From assembly GCA_028826165.1 (NCBI GenBank), contig JAPDFW010000067.1, positions 186,001 through 250,000 on the forward strand: a stretch of 64,000 nt of DNA, read 5' to 3'. Under the pieces are notes generated by a model that worked only from the letters and a program-made list of their open reading frames with translations, was not told the DNA's origin and ran no database searches. How positions within the stretch are numbered: position 1 is the stretch's first letter; the number at the start of each line of letters is the position of its first letter. Source of the DNA: Anaeramoeba ignava BMAN. Its lineage: Eukaryota > Protista > Anaeramoebae. Shown here piece by piece: positions 26,329 through 39,954 of this stretch. The position numbers and the translations under genes were made by a program.

Positions 26329-27071
26329 TTTTTATCTTTTTATATTTTTATCTTTTTAATTTAATAAAAAAACAAAACTTTTTTATTAAACAAAACAAAA
26401 CCTTTTTTTTTATTATTATTTTTATTTTTTCAATTATCCAATCCAATCCAAAAAAAAAAAAATTTTTTTTCTTTTCTTCTTAATTTCTAAATAAATAATT
26501 TTTCTTCGTGTAAAAAATAAATAATAAATAAAAGAAAAAAAAGTACAGATTTAAACATAAAAAAGATTAGATAAGCTTTTCTATATTTTCAAAATTCAAA
26601 AATTAAAATCAAAAAGCAAAGGGGATGCAAAAATTAATAAAAAAAACCTTTAAGAAAATTAAAAAAGAGGATTTTAATTTAATTTTTTTTCTTTTAAAAT
26701 TGACTTTTTTCGTTTTTGTTACTTTAGTTTTTTTTATTAATAAATTTTTCACAAAACAATAATAAAAAGGAAATTAATTAACAAAAAAATTTTTTTCTTT
26801 TCTTAAAATTAAAATAATTAAATCAAAAAACAAAAAATCGAAAAAAAATTTTCATAAAGATATAAAGACAAAATTAACTATTTTCTTTATTTATTTTTAA
26901 TATTTTAATTTTATTTTTTTTTTCACAATTCCAAACTTGATCTTTTTTTAATTAATTAATAAAAAAAAATTTTTTTTTTTTTCCATTTTTTTTTTTTCAC
27001 TTATTTTTTTTTTCTTTTTGTTTTTTTTTATTTTTCTTTTTGAAAATTATTTTTTTTTTATTAATAATAAA

Positions 27072-30000
27072 ATGGGAAACTCAGATGTTACAGTAAAACA
27101 TAATTATTCAACAGATAAAATTCGAAGATATCAAAGAAGACTCCGTAAATGTTCAGATCCAATAGCAGTTTGTAATTTTCAAGCTCAATTTACTGAAGTA
27201 AATAATGCAGCTTTGAATTTATTTCAAATGAACCGTAAAGAATTTCTACAAAAAACTCCTGGTGATGTTGCTCCTGAGTATCAAGAACACTTCAATTTAA
27301 AAAGTCAAGAAGTTGCTGGAATGGCTATTTCAAAAGCTTTTCAGTAAATTTCCTTCTTTTTTTTTTGTTTTTTTCATTTTGATTGATTTTTCTTTCTTTC
27401 TTTATTTTAAACTAATTTAGAAGTGAAAAAGGAAATTTTGATTTTAATTATCAATTTAAAGATTCTCAAGGGAAATCTTTTTGGGCGAGAGTTTATGTAA
27501 CTTAAAATTTTCAATTTGAATGATCATTTATTTTATTTTATTTAAATTTTAACAACTCCAAATTTGTTCCAAAATATTTAATTTTAAAATATTTTTTTAA
27601 TCCAAAATAATATTATTAAAGAAAATTTTCAATTAATCCCCTTATTAAAATATTTAATATTATTTTAATTTTAAAAATCTATTTATTCCCAAATAATTTT
27701 ATTTAAAATAATCTTATTAAAACAGATCAAATATTTTAATTTTAAAAATATAATTAAAATTCCAATTAAACCCCTTAATCAAACTATTTAATATTATTTT
27801 AAAATATTTTTTTAATCCAAAATAATTTTATTAAAGAAAATTCCATTTAATCCCCCAATTAAACAATTTAATATTATTTTGATATAAAAAATCTATTTAT
27901 TCCCAAATAATTTTATTTAAAATATTCATCTAAAAAAAGAACTGATCATTTTGATCCAACTCATTTTTTTACATAAAGATCAAATCAAATCAAATCAAAT
28001 CAAATCAAATCAAATCATTTCCAAATCATTTCTAAATTAAATTAAGTCAAATTAAATCAAATTAAATCAAATTATTTCCAAATCATTTCTAAATTAAATC
28101 ATTTCTAAATCAAATCAAATTAAATTAAATTAAATTAAATTAAATTAAATTAAATTAAATCATTTCCAAATTAAATTAAATCAAATTAAATTAAATCAAA
28201 TTAAATTAAATCGAATTAAATCAAATTAAATCAAATCATTTCTAAATTAAATCATTTCTAAATTAAATTAAATTAAATTAAATCATTTCTAAATCAAATT
28301 AAATTAAATCAAATTATTTCTAAATTAAATCAAATCAAATCAAATCAAACTAAATCAAATTAAATCAAATCAAATCATTTCTAAATTAAATCATTTCTAA
28401 ATCAAATCAAATCAAATTAAATTAAATTAAATCATTTCTAAATTAAATTAAATTAAATCAAATCAAATTAAATCAAATTAAATTAAATCAAATTAAATTA
28501 AATTAAATTAAATCAAATCAAATCAAATCAAATCAAATCATTTCTAAATTAAATCAAATTAAATTAAATCAAATCAAATTAAATCAAATTAAATTAAATC
28601 AAATTAAATCAAATCATTTCTAAATTAAATCAAATCAAATTATTTCCAAATTAAATCAAATTAAATTAAATCAAATTAAATCAAATTAAATCAAATTAAA
28701 TCAAATCAAATCAAATTATTTCTAAATTAAATTAAATCATTTCTAAATTAAATTAAATCAAATCAAATTAAATTAAATCAAATTAAATCAAATTATTTCC
28801 AAATCATTTCTAAATCAAATCATTTCTAAATTAAATCAAATCAAACTAAATCAAATCAAATCAAATTAAATTAAATCAAATCAAATCATTTCTAAATTAA
28901 ATCAAATCAAATTAAATTAAATTAAATTAAATCAAATCAAATCAAATCAAATCAAATCATTTCTAAATTAAATCAAATTAAATCAAATTAAATCAAATCA
29001 AATCAAATTAAATTAAATCAAATTAAATTAAATTAAATTAAATTAAATTAAATTAAATCAAATTAAATCAAATTATTTCTAAATTAAATCAAATCAAATT
29101 AAATTAAATCATTTCCAAATCATTTCTAAACTAAATCAAATCATTTCTAAATTAAATCAAATTAAATTAAATTAAATCAAATCAAATTAAATCATTTCTA
29201 AATTAAATCAAATTAAATCAAATCATTTCTAAATTAAATCATTTCTAAATTAAATCAAATCAAATTAAATCCTTTTTTCTTAAAATCAAATAAGGTTACA
29301 CCTCTGAAATTTGGAGAAATTCTTTGGGTTCAAGGATTAATTAAACCAATTCCACGTCCTTTAAATGAACAAAAAGATCTTGATTTGTTAATGCCAGATA
29401 GAAAATTTGTTGATTTTGAATTAGATGATTTTGATGATAGCACTGATACACAATCTACAACAGATTTTTCAATTGCTTTCACCCCAAGAAAAAAGGAATC
29501 ACCAATCAATTCACTTCCAAATTCACCTCCAATTTCAAATTCACCCTCAATTACATTTTCGAATTCAAATTCAAATTCCAATCTACATTCAAATTTAAAT
29601 TCAAATTCAAATCAAAAATCAAAATCAAAATCAAAATCAAAATCAAAATCAAAATCAAATTCAAATTCAAAATCAAATTCAAATCCAAATCCAAATCCAA
29701 CTTTCAATAAATTTCAAACACCTACTTTGGATCAATCTCAATTACTTACTTTAAATAAATCCTCTTCACCAAATTTGAACCAATCTCAAAATCTTTCTTT
29801 GAATCAAATCTATTCACCTTCTTTTAATCAGGTCTATTTACTTGAAACATCACAAGAAGATGAAATTATTGATCAAAATATCCATAAAATTAAATCAATT
29901 GTTAGATCTCTTGATAAACCCAAAATTGAAAAGAAAGTTGTTAATTATTTAAATTTAATCCAAACAAATATTCAATCCTCAACAACTAAATTATCCCAAA

Positions 30001-30206
30001 AAATTAGCTCTTTACAAGAAAGAATTGTTTCTGAAATCACTAGATCAAAAGAAAAATACCAAGAATTAGAACAATATCATCAAAAAAAATTGAATGATTA
30101 TAAAAAAGAAAAAGAAAAAAATCAACAATTAACTCAAATTATCCAACAAATGTCCCAATTTATTTCAAGTGAAGAAGTTCAAAAATTAATCAATCAAGAA
30201 AAGTAA
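27072..30206 (+). CDS. PAS-domain protein, paralogue 1 (MGN start, PAS, low-complexity linker, coiled coil); 3 exons
   Basis: Exons 27072-27343, 27421-27496, 29295-30206 (phases 2 and 0). Spliced product has DPIAVCNFQAQFTEVNNAALNLFQMNRKEFLQKTPGDVAP...FNYQFKDSQGKSFWARVY|VTPL..WVQGLIKPI, a PAS/PAC pattern. Confidence 0.85.
27975..29270 (+). repeat. Intronic pentamer microsatellite (AAATC/AAATT with CATTTCT interruptions) in intron 2 of PAS paralogue 1
   Basis: Directly visible. The intron spans 27497-29294. Confidence 0.9.
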
Positions 30207-30935
30207 TTTTCTTTTTTTTCTTTTTTTTTTCATCAATGTTTTCATAATTTTCTTACTTTATCCAAAAAATTAAAACAAAACAAAACAAACAAAAATAACA
30301 AATTTCCTTTTTCTTTTTTTTAATTGATAAATAATTAAAAAAAAAAAAACAGTTTTAATCCCTTTTTTGTTTTCTTTTGTTTTGTTTTTTTTAATTAAAA
30401 TTTTAAATTAAATTTGGTTTTTAATTTTTTATTTTGGATTTTTTGGATCTTTTTTTTAATTATTATTTGCTTCACAAAAATAATTTGATTTTTAAAAACT
30501 TTAATTTAGAAAGTTTAAGAAAAAAGAAAAAAAAAAGATTTCACCAATTAAAAAGTTATTAAATTTTATTCCAGCAAACAAAAAAAGGGGATTCAAAAAT
30601 TAACAAAAAAAAATTTAAATAAAAAAAAAAAATTTTTTTTCTTTTTGATTTAATAACAAAAAAAAAAGCAAATCTATCCAAATTTATTTAAAAAAAACAA
30701 CCCAAAACTTTTTTTTTTTCAATTTTAAAAAAGAATTATAATATATTTGCATTATTTTCATTATTCAAATTAAGATCTTTTTTATTTTTAATTTTCAAAA
30801 AAAAAAAAATAATTTTTTTTTTCTTCATTTTTTTTCTTACAAATTTTCCAATCCAAATTAAATCCAAATTAAATTTTAAATTTTAAATTAAAATTCAATT
30901 TAAATTTTTTTTTATTTTTCTTATTTTTTTTTTCA

Positions 30936-32786
30936 ATGGGAAACGTTGATACAGTAAAACATAATTATTCAGCCGAACAAATTAAGAAATATAAAAAATT
31001 TATTCATAAAAGTTCAGATCCAATAACTGTTTGCGATATTAAAGGTGAATTTACTGAAGTAAATAATTCAGCTTTGAAAATATTTAAAATGAGTCGCAGA
31101 GATTTCCTAAAAAAAACTCCTGGTGATGTTGCTCCATTAGTTCAAGAACATTTCAATTTAAAAAGTCAAGAAGTTGCTGAAATGGCTATTTCAAAAACAT
31201 TTGAGTAAATATGGATTTTTTTCTTTCCTTATTTTCTTTTATAATTTGCTCTTTTTTTTTGGAATTTTTTTTTTTTCAATTAATTTAGAAGCCAAAATGG
31301 AAGTTTTGATTTAAATTATCAATTTAAAGATTCTTCAGGAAAAGTGTTTTGGACAAGAGTTTATGTAATTCAAATTTACAATTTTAATTTGAAATTTTAA
31401 TTTGAATTTCAAAATGATCATTTTATTTATTTAAAAAATGAAAATTTACAATTAATTTGATCAATAGTAAAAAAACAATCAAAAAGATCAAAATCAATTT
31501 TCCATTTTAAATAAATAAATAAAATTAATAATGATCGAAAGAATAAAATTATTTTTCATCATTTCCAAATCACTATTAAATTATTTTCCATATTTTAATT
31601 TAATCAATATTTAATCAATATTTTATCAATTTTTAATCAAAATTTAATTAATATTTAATTAATATTTAATCAATATTTAATTAATATTTAATCAATATTT
31701 AATCAATATTTAATCAATATTTAATTAATATTTAATCAATATTTAATTAAAATTTAATCAATATTTAATTAATATTTAATTAATATTTAATCAATATTTA
31801 ATCAATATTTAATCAATTTTTAATTAATATTTAATCAATATTTAATTAATATTTAATCAATATTTAATTAATATTTAATCAATATTTAATCAAAATTTAA
31901 TCAATATTTAATCAATATTTAATCAATATTTAATTAATTTTTAATCAAAATTTAGGTTACACCTTTAAATTTTGGAGGAACTGTTTGGGTTCAAGGAATA
32001 ATTAAACCAATTCCACGTCCTTTAAATGAACAAAAAGATCTTGATTTATTAATGCCAGATAGAAAAATGTTTGATTTGGAATTAGATGATTTTGATGATA
32101 GCACTGATACACAATCTCCAACAGATTTTTCGTTCATTCCAAATTCACGACAGAAAGAATCACAATTAGATTCACTTCCAAATTCACTTCCAAATTCACT
32201 TCCAAATTCACTTCCAAATTCACTTCCAAATTCACTTCCAAATTCACTTCCAAATTCACTTCCAAATTCACTTCCAAATTCACTTCCAAATTCACTTCCA
32301 AATTCATCTTCAAAATCGCAATTAGATTCTCTTCCAAATTCACTTCCAAATTCATTTCTGAATTCAAATCGTTCTCAGGTATCTCCTATAAATAGATTTG
32401 AATTGCCCTCTTTAAATCAAATAAATTTACTTGAAACATTTAAAGAAGATGATATCATCGATCAAAATATTTATGAAATTAAATCAATTGTTAGATCTCT
32501 TGATCAACCAAAAGTTGAACAAAGAGTTGTTGAATCTTTGAATATAATTCAAGCAAATATTCAATTAACAAAAACTAAATTATCTCAACAAAATACTTCT
32601 TTACAAGAAAGGATTGTTTCTGAAATTTCTAAATCAAAAGAGAAATACCGAGAATTAGAACAACATCATCAGAAAAATTTAATTGCTTATAAAAAAGAAA
32701 AAGAAAAAAATCAAAAATTAGTTCGAATTCTTCAACAAATGACAAAATTAATTTCAACTGAAGAAGTACAAGAATTAATCAACTAA
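30936..32786 (+). CDS. PAS-domain protein, paralogue 2; 3 exons
   Basis: Exons 30936-31204, 31289-31364, 31956-32786. Intron positions match paralogue 1. Linker carries (PNSL)n. Confidence 0.85.
31598..31950 (+). repeat. Intronic 11-bp minisatellite (TTAATCAATAT/TTAATTAATAT)n
   Basis: Directly visible in intron 31365-31955. Confidence 0.85.
32170..32355 (+). repeat. Coding 12-bp repeat CCAAATTCACTT encoding (PNSL)n
   Basis: About a dozen near-perfect copies in exon 3 of paralogue 2. Confidence 0.9.
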
Positions 32787-33147
32787 GAACAAAAATAATT
32801 TTTATTCCTTTATTCCTTTCTTTTCTAATAATCCTTTCTTGTATGTTTCCTTTGCCATTCTTTCTTTTTACTTTTTGCTTTTTAATTTTTTCTTTTTCAA
32901 AAATAAAAAAAAACAAAAAAAATTTTTTCGTTTCGAAAAAAGCTTTCAAAAAAACAATTTAAGCTCTGGAAAATTAATTTCATTTAAGATAAAAACGTTA
33001 TTGGCTTACTTTATTATTTTTTAAATTTAAATTTAAATTTAAATTGAGAGTTTGAACTTAGATCTTGTTTATTTAAAAAAAAATTTTTTAATTTATTTTT
33101 TTGGGTTATTTTTTTCTTTCTTCTTTCTTCATTTTTCTTTCTTTAAA

Positions 33148-34818
33148 ATGGGAAATGTTGATGCGGTAAAAAAAAAATATTCAGCAGAACAAATCAAAAA
33201 GTATAAAAAATTTATTCGAAAAAGTCCTGAAGCAATCACAGTTGGGGATGCAAAAGGAAATTTTACTGAAGTAAACAAACCAGCTTTGAAACTATTTAAA
33301 ATGACTAGAAAAGAATTCTTAAAACTTGGTCCAGGAAAAGTTGCACCAGAATATCAAGAACACTTCAATTTAAAAAGTCAAGAAGTTGCCGGCATGGTTA
33401 TTTCAAAAGCATTTGAGTAAATCAAAAAATTTTTTTTTTCTTCTTTTTTTCCATTATTTAAAAAATTATTCACCTTTTGTTTTTTTTAAATTAATTAATT
33501 AATTTAGGAGTGAAAATGGAAGTTTTAATTTAAATTATCAAATTCAAGATTCAACAGGAAAAGTTATGTGGTCAAGAGTTTATGTAAGTTTATTTAAATA
33601 TTAATATTAATTTAAATATTTTATTTCCAATTATTTATATTTATTTAAATATTTTATTTCCAAATATTTATATTTATTTAAATATTTTATTTCCAAATAT
33701 TAATATTTATTTAAATATTTTATTTCCAAATATTTATATTTATTTAAATATTTTATTTCCAAATATTTATATTAATTTAAATATTTTATTTCCAAATATT
33801 TATATTTATTTAAATATTTTATTTCCAATTATATTTATTTAAATATTTTATTTCTAATTATTAATATTTATTTAAATATTTTATTTCCAAATATTAATAT
33901 TTATTTAAATATTTTATTTCTAAATATTTATATTAATTTAAATATTTTATTTCTAAATATTAATATTTATTTAAATATTTTATTTCTAAATATTAATATT
34001 TATTTAAATATTTTATTTCCAAATATTAATATTAATTTAAATATTTTATTTCTAATTATTTATATTTATTTAAATATTTTATTTCCAAATATTAATATTA
34101 ATTTAAATATTTTATTTCTAATTATTTATATTTGTTTAAATTAAATTTGAAATAAAAATCAAATAAGGTTACACCTTTAAATTTTGGAGGAACTCTTTGG
34201 GTTCAAGGATTAATTAAACTAATTCCACATCCTTTAAATGAAAAAGAAGATCTTGATTTATTAATGCCAGATAGAAAATTTGTTGATGTTGTATTGGATG
34301 ATTATGATGATAGTACTGATACACAATCCCCAACAGATCTCTCAACAACTCAAAAATCAAATCAAAAATCAAATCAAAAATCAAATTCGAATTCAAATCC
34401 AAATCAAAAAACAACATCTCAGTCACCTTCTTTGGATCAAATATATTTACTTGCAACATCTGAAGAAGATGAAATTATTGATCAAAACATTCATGATATT
34501 AAATCAATTGTTAGATCTCTTGATGATCCTAAAATTGAAAAGAAAGTTGTTGAATCTTTGAATACAATTCAAACAAATATCCAAAAAGCTACAACTAAAT
34601 TAGCTCAACAAATCAAATCCTTACAAGAAAGAATTAAATCGGAAACAAATAGATTAAAAGAAAAATGTCGAAATTTAGAAGAATATGAACAGAAAAATTT
34701 AATTTCTTATACAAAAGAAAAAGAAAAAACTGAAAAATTAATTCAATTTATTCAAGGAATAACAAAATTCGTTTCAAATCAAGAAATTCAAGAATTAGTT
34801 AATCAAGAAAAGAAATAA
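33148..34818 (+). CDS. PAS-domain protein, paralogue 3; 3 exons
   Basis: Exons 33148-33416, 33508-33583, 34168-34818. Confidence 0.85.
33590..34140 (+). repeat. Intronic 33-bp minisatellite (TATTTATTTAAATATTTTATTTCCAAATATTAA)n
   Basis: Directly visible in intron 33584-34167. Confidence 0.9.
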
Positions 34819-35209
34819 TTTCCTTTTTAATTCTTTTTTCAATTCAATTCTTTTTTCTTTTCAATCCTTTTTTCAATTCAATTCTTTTTTTAATTCAATT
34901 CTTTTGCTTTCTTTTTTTAATTTAATTCTTTCATTCAATAAACAAAAAAACAACAAAACATCACAAAACAATCAAAGAAATTTTTGTTTTTCGAACTTTT
35001 TTAAAAAATTGATCAAAAAATTTTAACTCTAAAACAATACAATTAAATATATTTTTAAATACAAAGTTTTCGTTCGCTTTCTTTTTTGATTTTATTTTAT
35101 TTGCCAGCTATTCTTGAGATCATACTTAAAAATTAATTATTTTTTTTCAATTATTTTTCTTCTCTTTTTTTTTCTTTCGTTCTTACTTCATTTTTCTTTC
35201 TTTTTTAAA

Positions 35210-37269
35210 ATGGGAAATGTTGATGCGGTAAAAAAAAAATATTCAGCAGAACAAATCAAAAATTATAAAAGACACATTCGAAAAAGTCCTGATGCAATTA
35301 CAGTTTGTAATACCAAAGGTGATTATATTGCAGTAAACAAACCAGCTTTGAAACTATTCCAAATGACTAGAAAAGAATTCTTACAACTCAATCCAGGAAA
35401 AGTTGCACCAGAATATCAAGAACACTTCAAATTAAAAAGTCAAGAAGTTGCCGGCATGGTTATTTCAAAAGCATTTGAGTAAATCAAAAAAAAATTTTTT
35501 TTTCTTCTTTTTTTCCATCTTTTAAAAAATTATTCACCTTTTGTTTTGATTAAATTAATTAATTAATTTAGGAGTGAAAGTGGAAGTTTTGATTTGAATT
35601 ATCAACTTCAAGATTCAACAGGAAAAGTTTTTTGGTCAAGAGTTTATGTAAGTTAATTTAAATATTTTATTTCCAAATATTTATATTTATTTAAATATTT
35701 TATTTCCAAATATTAATATTTATTTAAATATTTTATTTCCAAATATTAATATTTATTTAAATATTTTATTTCCAAATATTAATATTTATTTAAATATTTT
35801 ATTTCCAAATATTTATATTAATTTAAATATTTTATTTCCAAATATTAATATTAATTTAAATATTTTATTTCTAATTATTTATATTAATTTAAATATTTTA
35901 TTTCCAAATATTAATATTTATTTAAATATTTTATTTCCAAATATTAATATTTATTTAAATATTTTATTTCCAAATATTAATATTTATTTAAATATTTTAT
36001 TTCCAAATATTAATATTTATTTAAATATTTTATTTCCAAATATTAATATTTATTTAAATATTTTATTTCCAAATATTTATATTTATTTAAATATTTTATT
36101 TCCAAATATTTATATTTATTTAAATATTTTATTTCCAAATATTTATATTTATTTAAATATTTTATTTCCAATTATTTATATTTATTTAAATATTTTATTT
36201 CTAATTATTTATATTAATTTAAATATTTTATTTCCAAATATTTATATTTATTTAAATATTTTATTTCCAATTATATTTATTTAAATATTTTATTTCTAAT
36301 TATTAATATTTATTTAAATATTTTATTTCCAAATATTAATATTTATTTAAATATTTTATTTCTAAATATTTATATTAATTTAAATATTTTATTTCTAAAT
36401 ATTAATATTTATTTAAATATTTTATTTCTAAATATTAATATTTATTTAAATATTTTATTTCCAAATATTAATATTAATTTAAATATTTTATTTCTAATTA
36501 TTTATATTTATTTAAATATTTTATTTCCAAATATTAATATTAATTTAAATATTTTATTTCCAATTATTTATATTTATTTAAATCAAATTTGAAATAAAAA
36601 TCAAATAAGGTTACACCTTTAAATTTTGGAGGAACTGTTTGGGTTCAAGGATTAATTAAACCAATTTCACATCCTTTAAATGAAAAAGATGATCTTGATT
36701 TATTAATGCCAGATAGAAAATTTGTTGATGTTGTCCTAGGTGATCATGATGATGATAGTACTGATTCACAATCTACAACAGATCGCTCAACAACTCAAAA
36801 ATCAAATCAAAAATCAAATTCAAATTCAAATCCAAATTCGAATTCAAATCCAAATCAAAAAACAACATCTCAATTACCTTCTTTGGATCAAATATATTTA
36901 CTTGCAACATCTGAAGAAGATGAAATTATTGATCAAAACATTCATGATATTAAATCAATTGTTAGATCTCTTGATGATCCTAAAATTGAAAAGAAAGTTG
37001 TTGAATCTTTGAATACAATTCAAACAAATATCCAAAAAGCTACAACTAAATTAACTCAACAAATCAAATCCTTACAAGAAAGAATTAAATCGGAAACAAA
37101 TAGATTAAAAGAAAAATGTCGAAATTTAGAAGAATATGAACAGAAAAATTTAATTTCTTTTAAAAAAGAAAAAGAAAAAACTGAAAAATTAATTCAATTT
37201 ATTCAAGGAATAACAAAATTCGTTTCAAATCAAGAAATTCAAGAATTAGTTAATCAAGAAAAGAAATAA
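35210..37269 (+). CDS. PAS-domain protein, paralogue 4 (recent duplicate of paralogue 3); 3 exons
   Basis: Exons 35210-35478, 35572-35647, 36610-37269. C-terminal half nearly identical to paralogue 3. Confidence 0.85.
35654..36582 (+). repeat. Intronic 33-bp minisatellite, same unit as in paralogue 3 but a longer array
   Basis: TTCC landmarks at 35671, 35704 and 35737 give the 33-bp period. The intron spans 35648-36609. Confidence 0.9.
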
Positions 37270-37393
37270 TTTCCTTTTTTAATTCAATTTTCTTTTCAAT
37301 TCTTTTTTCAATTCTTTTTTCAATTCAATTCTTTTTTTAATTCAATTCAAAAAAATAATTTTTTTCATTTTTCATTTTTCATTTTTTTTTGAA

Positions 37394-39393
37394 ATGGATT
37401 GGAATTCACAAACAGAACAAAATGATTGGGATTTAGCAAAAGAAAATAACAACAACAATAATAATGAAAATAATAATAATAATAACAACAACAATAATAA
37501 TGAAAACAATAATAATGAAAACAATTTTAATAATGAAAATAATGAAAACAACTTTAATAATGAAAACAACTTTAATAATGAAAATAATTTTAATAATGAA
37601 AACAATTTTAATAATGAAAACAATTTTAATAATGAAAATAATGAAAACAACTTTAATAATGAAAACAACTTTAATAATGAAAACAATTTTAATAATGAAA
37701 ACAACTTTAATAACGAAAACAACTTTAATAATGAAAATAATGAAAATAACTTTAATAATGAAAATAATAATGAAAAAAAAAAAGATACCGATTTTTATGT
37801 TCTTCCATCACGAAAAAATCCAAAGTTTTACAAAAAATTTAAAAGTACAAATCCTGAGAATAATCTTACATCAGCCAATTTAGTATCAAAAGGATCAGGT
37901 TTACATTTAAATCTTTCAGAAAAATTCACTACAAAAGTTCGACAAGAAAGAATAGAAAAACAAATGAATCAAGATTCTTCTCAAAGATATTATGATTTTA
38001 CAAGTAATCCAAAAAGAATGGAAGAAGCAATTAATGCTCAAAGAGAATTAGAAGAAAAACAGAAAGAAGCTGAAGAAAAATTTAGAAGGCAACAAGAACA
38101 ACAAAAACAACAACAACAGCAACTCAGGGAATTAGATAATAGCAAAAATGCCAAAACTAAAAAAACTTCAAAAGGAGAATCTGGTAATTTTTTTACAGAA
38201 AATTTAAATTTAATTTATATATTAATTTATAAATGAATTTTAATTCTAATTTTATAAATGAATATTAATAATAATTTTAATTTATAAATGAATTTTAATT
38301 CTAATTCTAATTTTATAAATGAATTTTAATTTTAATATTAATTTTAATTCTAATTCTAATTCTAATTCTAATTTTAATTTTAATTTTAATTTTAATTTTA
38401 TAAATGAATTTTAATTTTAATTCTAATTTTATAAATGAATTTTAATTTAAATTTAATTCTATAAATGAATTTTGATTTTAATTTTAATTTTAATTTTAAT
38501 TTTAATTTTAATTTTAATTTTAATTTTATAAATGAATTTTAATAATAATTTTAATTTTAATTTTAATTCTAATTTTAATTCTAATTCTAATTCTAATTTT
38601 AATTTTAATTTTAATTTTAATTTTAATTTTAATTTTAATTTTAATTTTAATTTAAAAATGAATTTTATAAATATTTTGAAAATTTTTAGAAACAAAAAGA
38701 TCAACAAGAAGTAAATCACAAAAAGATATGCTTAATCTTAAATTTACAGGAGGAGATGATGAAGATGAAAATTCCAAAAATAGCGATGAAGCAGACGAAA
38801 TAATAGAATCAACAGACACTGAATATGAAGAAAGTGACGACAGAGAATATTCAGATGAAGATGGAGATGATTATGAAGATATTGATGACGATGATGAAGA
38901 TGAATATGAAGACGATGATGAATACGATGAAGATGAATATGATGATGATGATGAATATGATGAAGAAGATGATGATTCTGACGATTACATGACAGAATCT
39001 GATTTCGATGATGAAGATGATGAAGATGAATATCGTCCTCAAAATTCTAAATCCAAAAATAAATCTCGTGCTTTGGGCTTTAATGATAGACTTTCTAATG
39101 CTATTAAAAATGAAATCCAAAATCAATCCAAAAATTCAAAAGAATCTTCAAAATATTTTAATTCTTTTGGAAAGAAAATTCTTCAATCTTTAAATCAAGA
39201 TTTGAAGTCTAAATCTAAATCTAAATCTAAAGTTAATAGAATTACTCAAGATATTAAAAAAAAAATTGAAAAATTAGTAAAAAAAAATTTACCAAAATCT
39301 AATTCAAAATCAAAAGAGAAAAAAAGAAAAAATTCAAATATAAAAAAATCTAAAAATTCTAAAAGAACAAGAAAAACTAGAAGTAAAAAATAA
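37394..39393 (+). CDS. Hypothetical low-complexity protein (Asn-rich ENNFNN repeats, coiled coil, long acidic tract, basic tail); 2 exons
   Basis: Exons 37394-38183 and 38690-39393 join in phase 1. The intron is filled with (TTTAAT/TCTAAT)n. No family recognised. Confidence 0.7.
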
Positions 39394-39954
39394 TTTAAAA
39401 AAAAAAATAATAATAATAATAATCAAAAAGAAAAAAAATTGCGAAAAAAAAACTTTAATTTTCTTTTTTTTTTTCTTTTTTTTTTAAATGATCAATTAAA
39501 TAAATTTAATAAAAAAAAAAAAATTTAAAAAGCAAAAAATAGTAATTAAGATAAGAAATAGATTGAAATTAAATTTAGCAAATAAGTTTTAAAAAAAAAA
39601 TTTCAAAAGAATTAAAAAAGGGAAATTAAAATTCTTAACAAAAAACAACATAAATTGTTTTACTTTTCTTTATTTTCTTTATTTTCTTTATTTTCTTTAT
39701 TTTCTTTTTTTTTTATTTAGTTTATTGCCCCCTAAAATAAAAAATAAAAAAAAATAAAAATAAAATTTTAAATTAATTTTTTAATTTATTTTTTTTTTAA
39801 AATTTAAAATTTCCATTTTTTCTTTTGCTTTTAAAATTTCTAAATTTTATATTTTTTTAATTCTTTTCTTTTTTAATTCTTTTCTGACTAAAAACAAAAA
39901 CAATAACAAAAACAAAAACAAAAACAAAAACAAACGATAATTTAAATTTATTAA

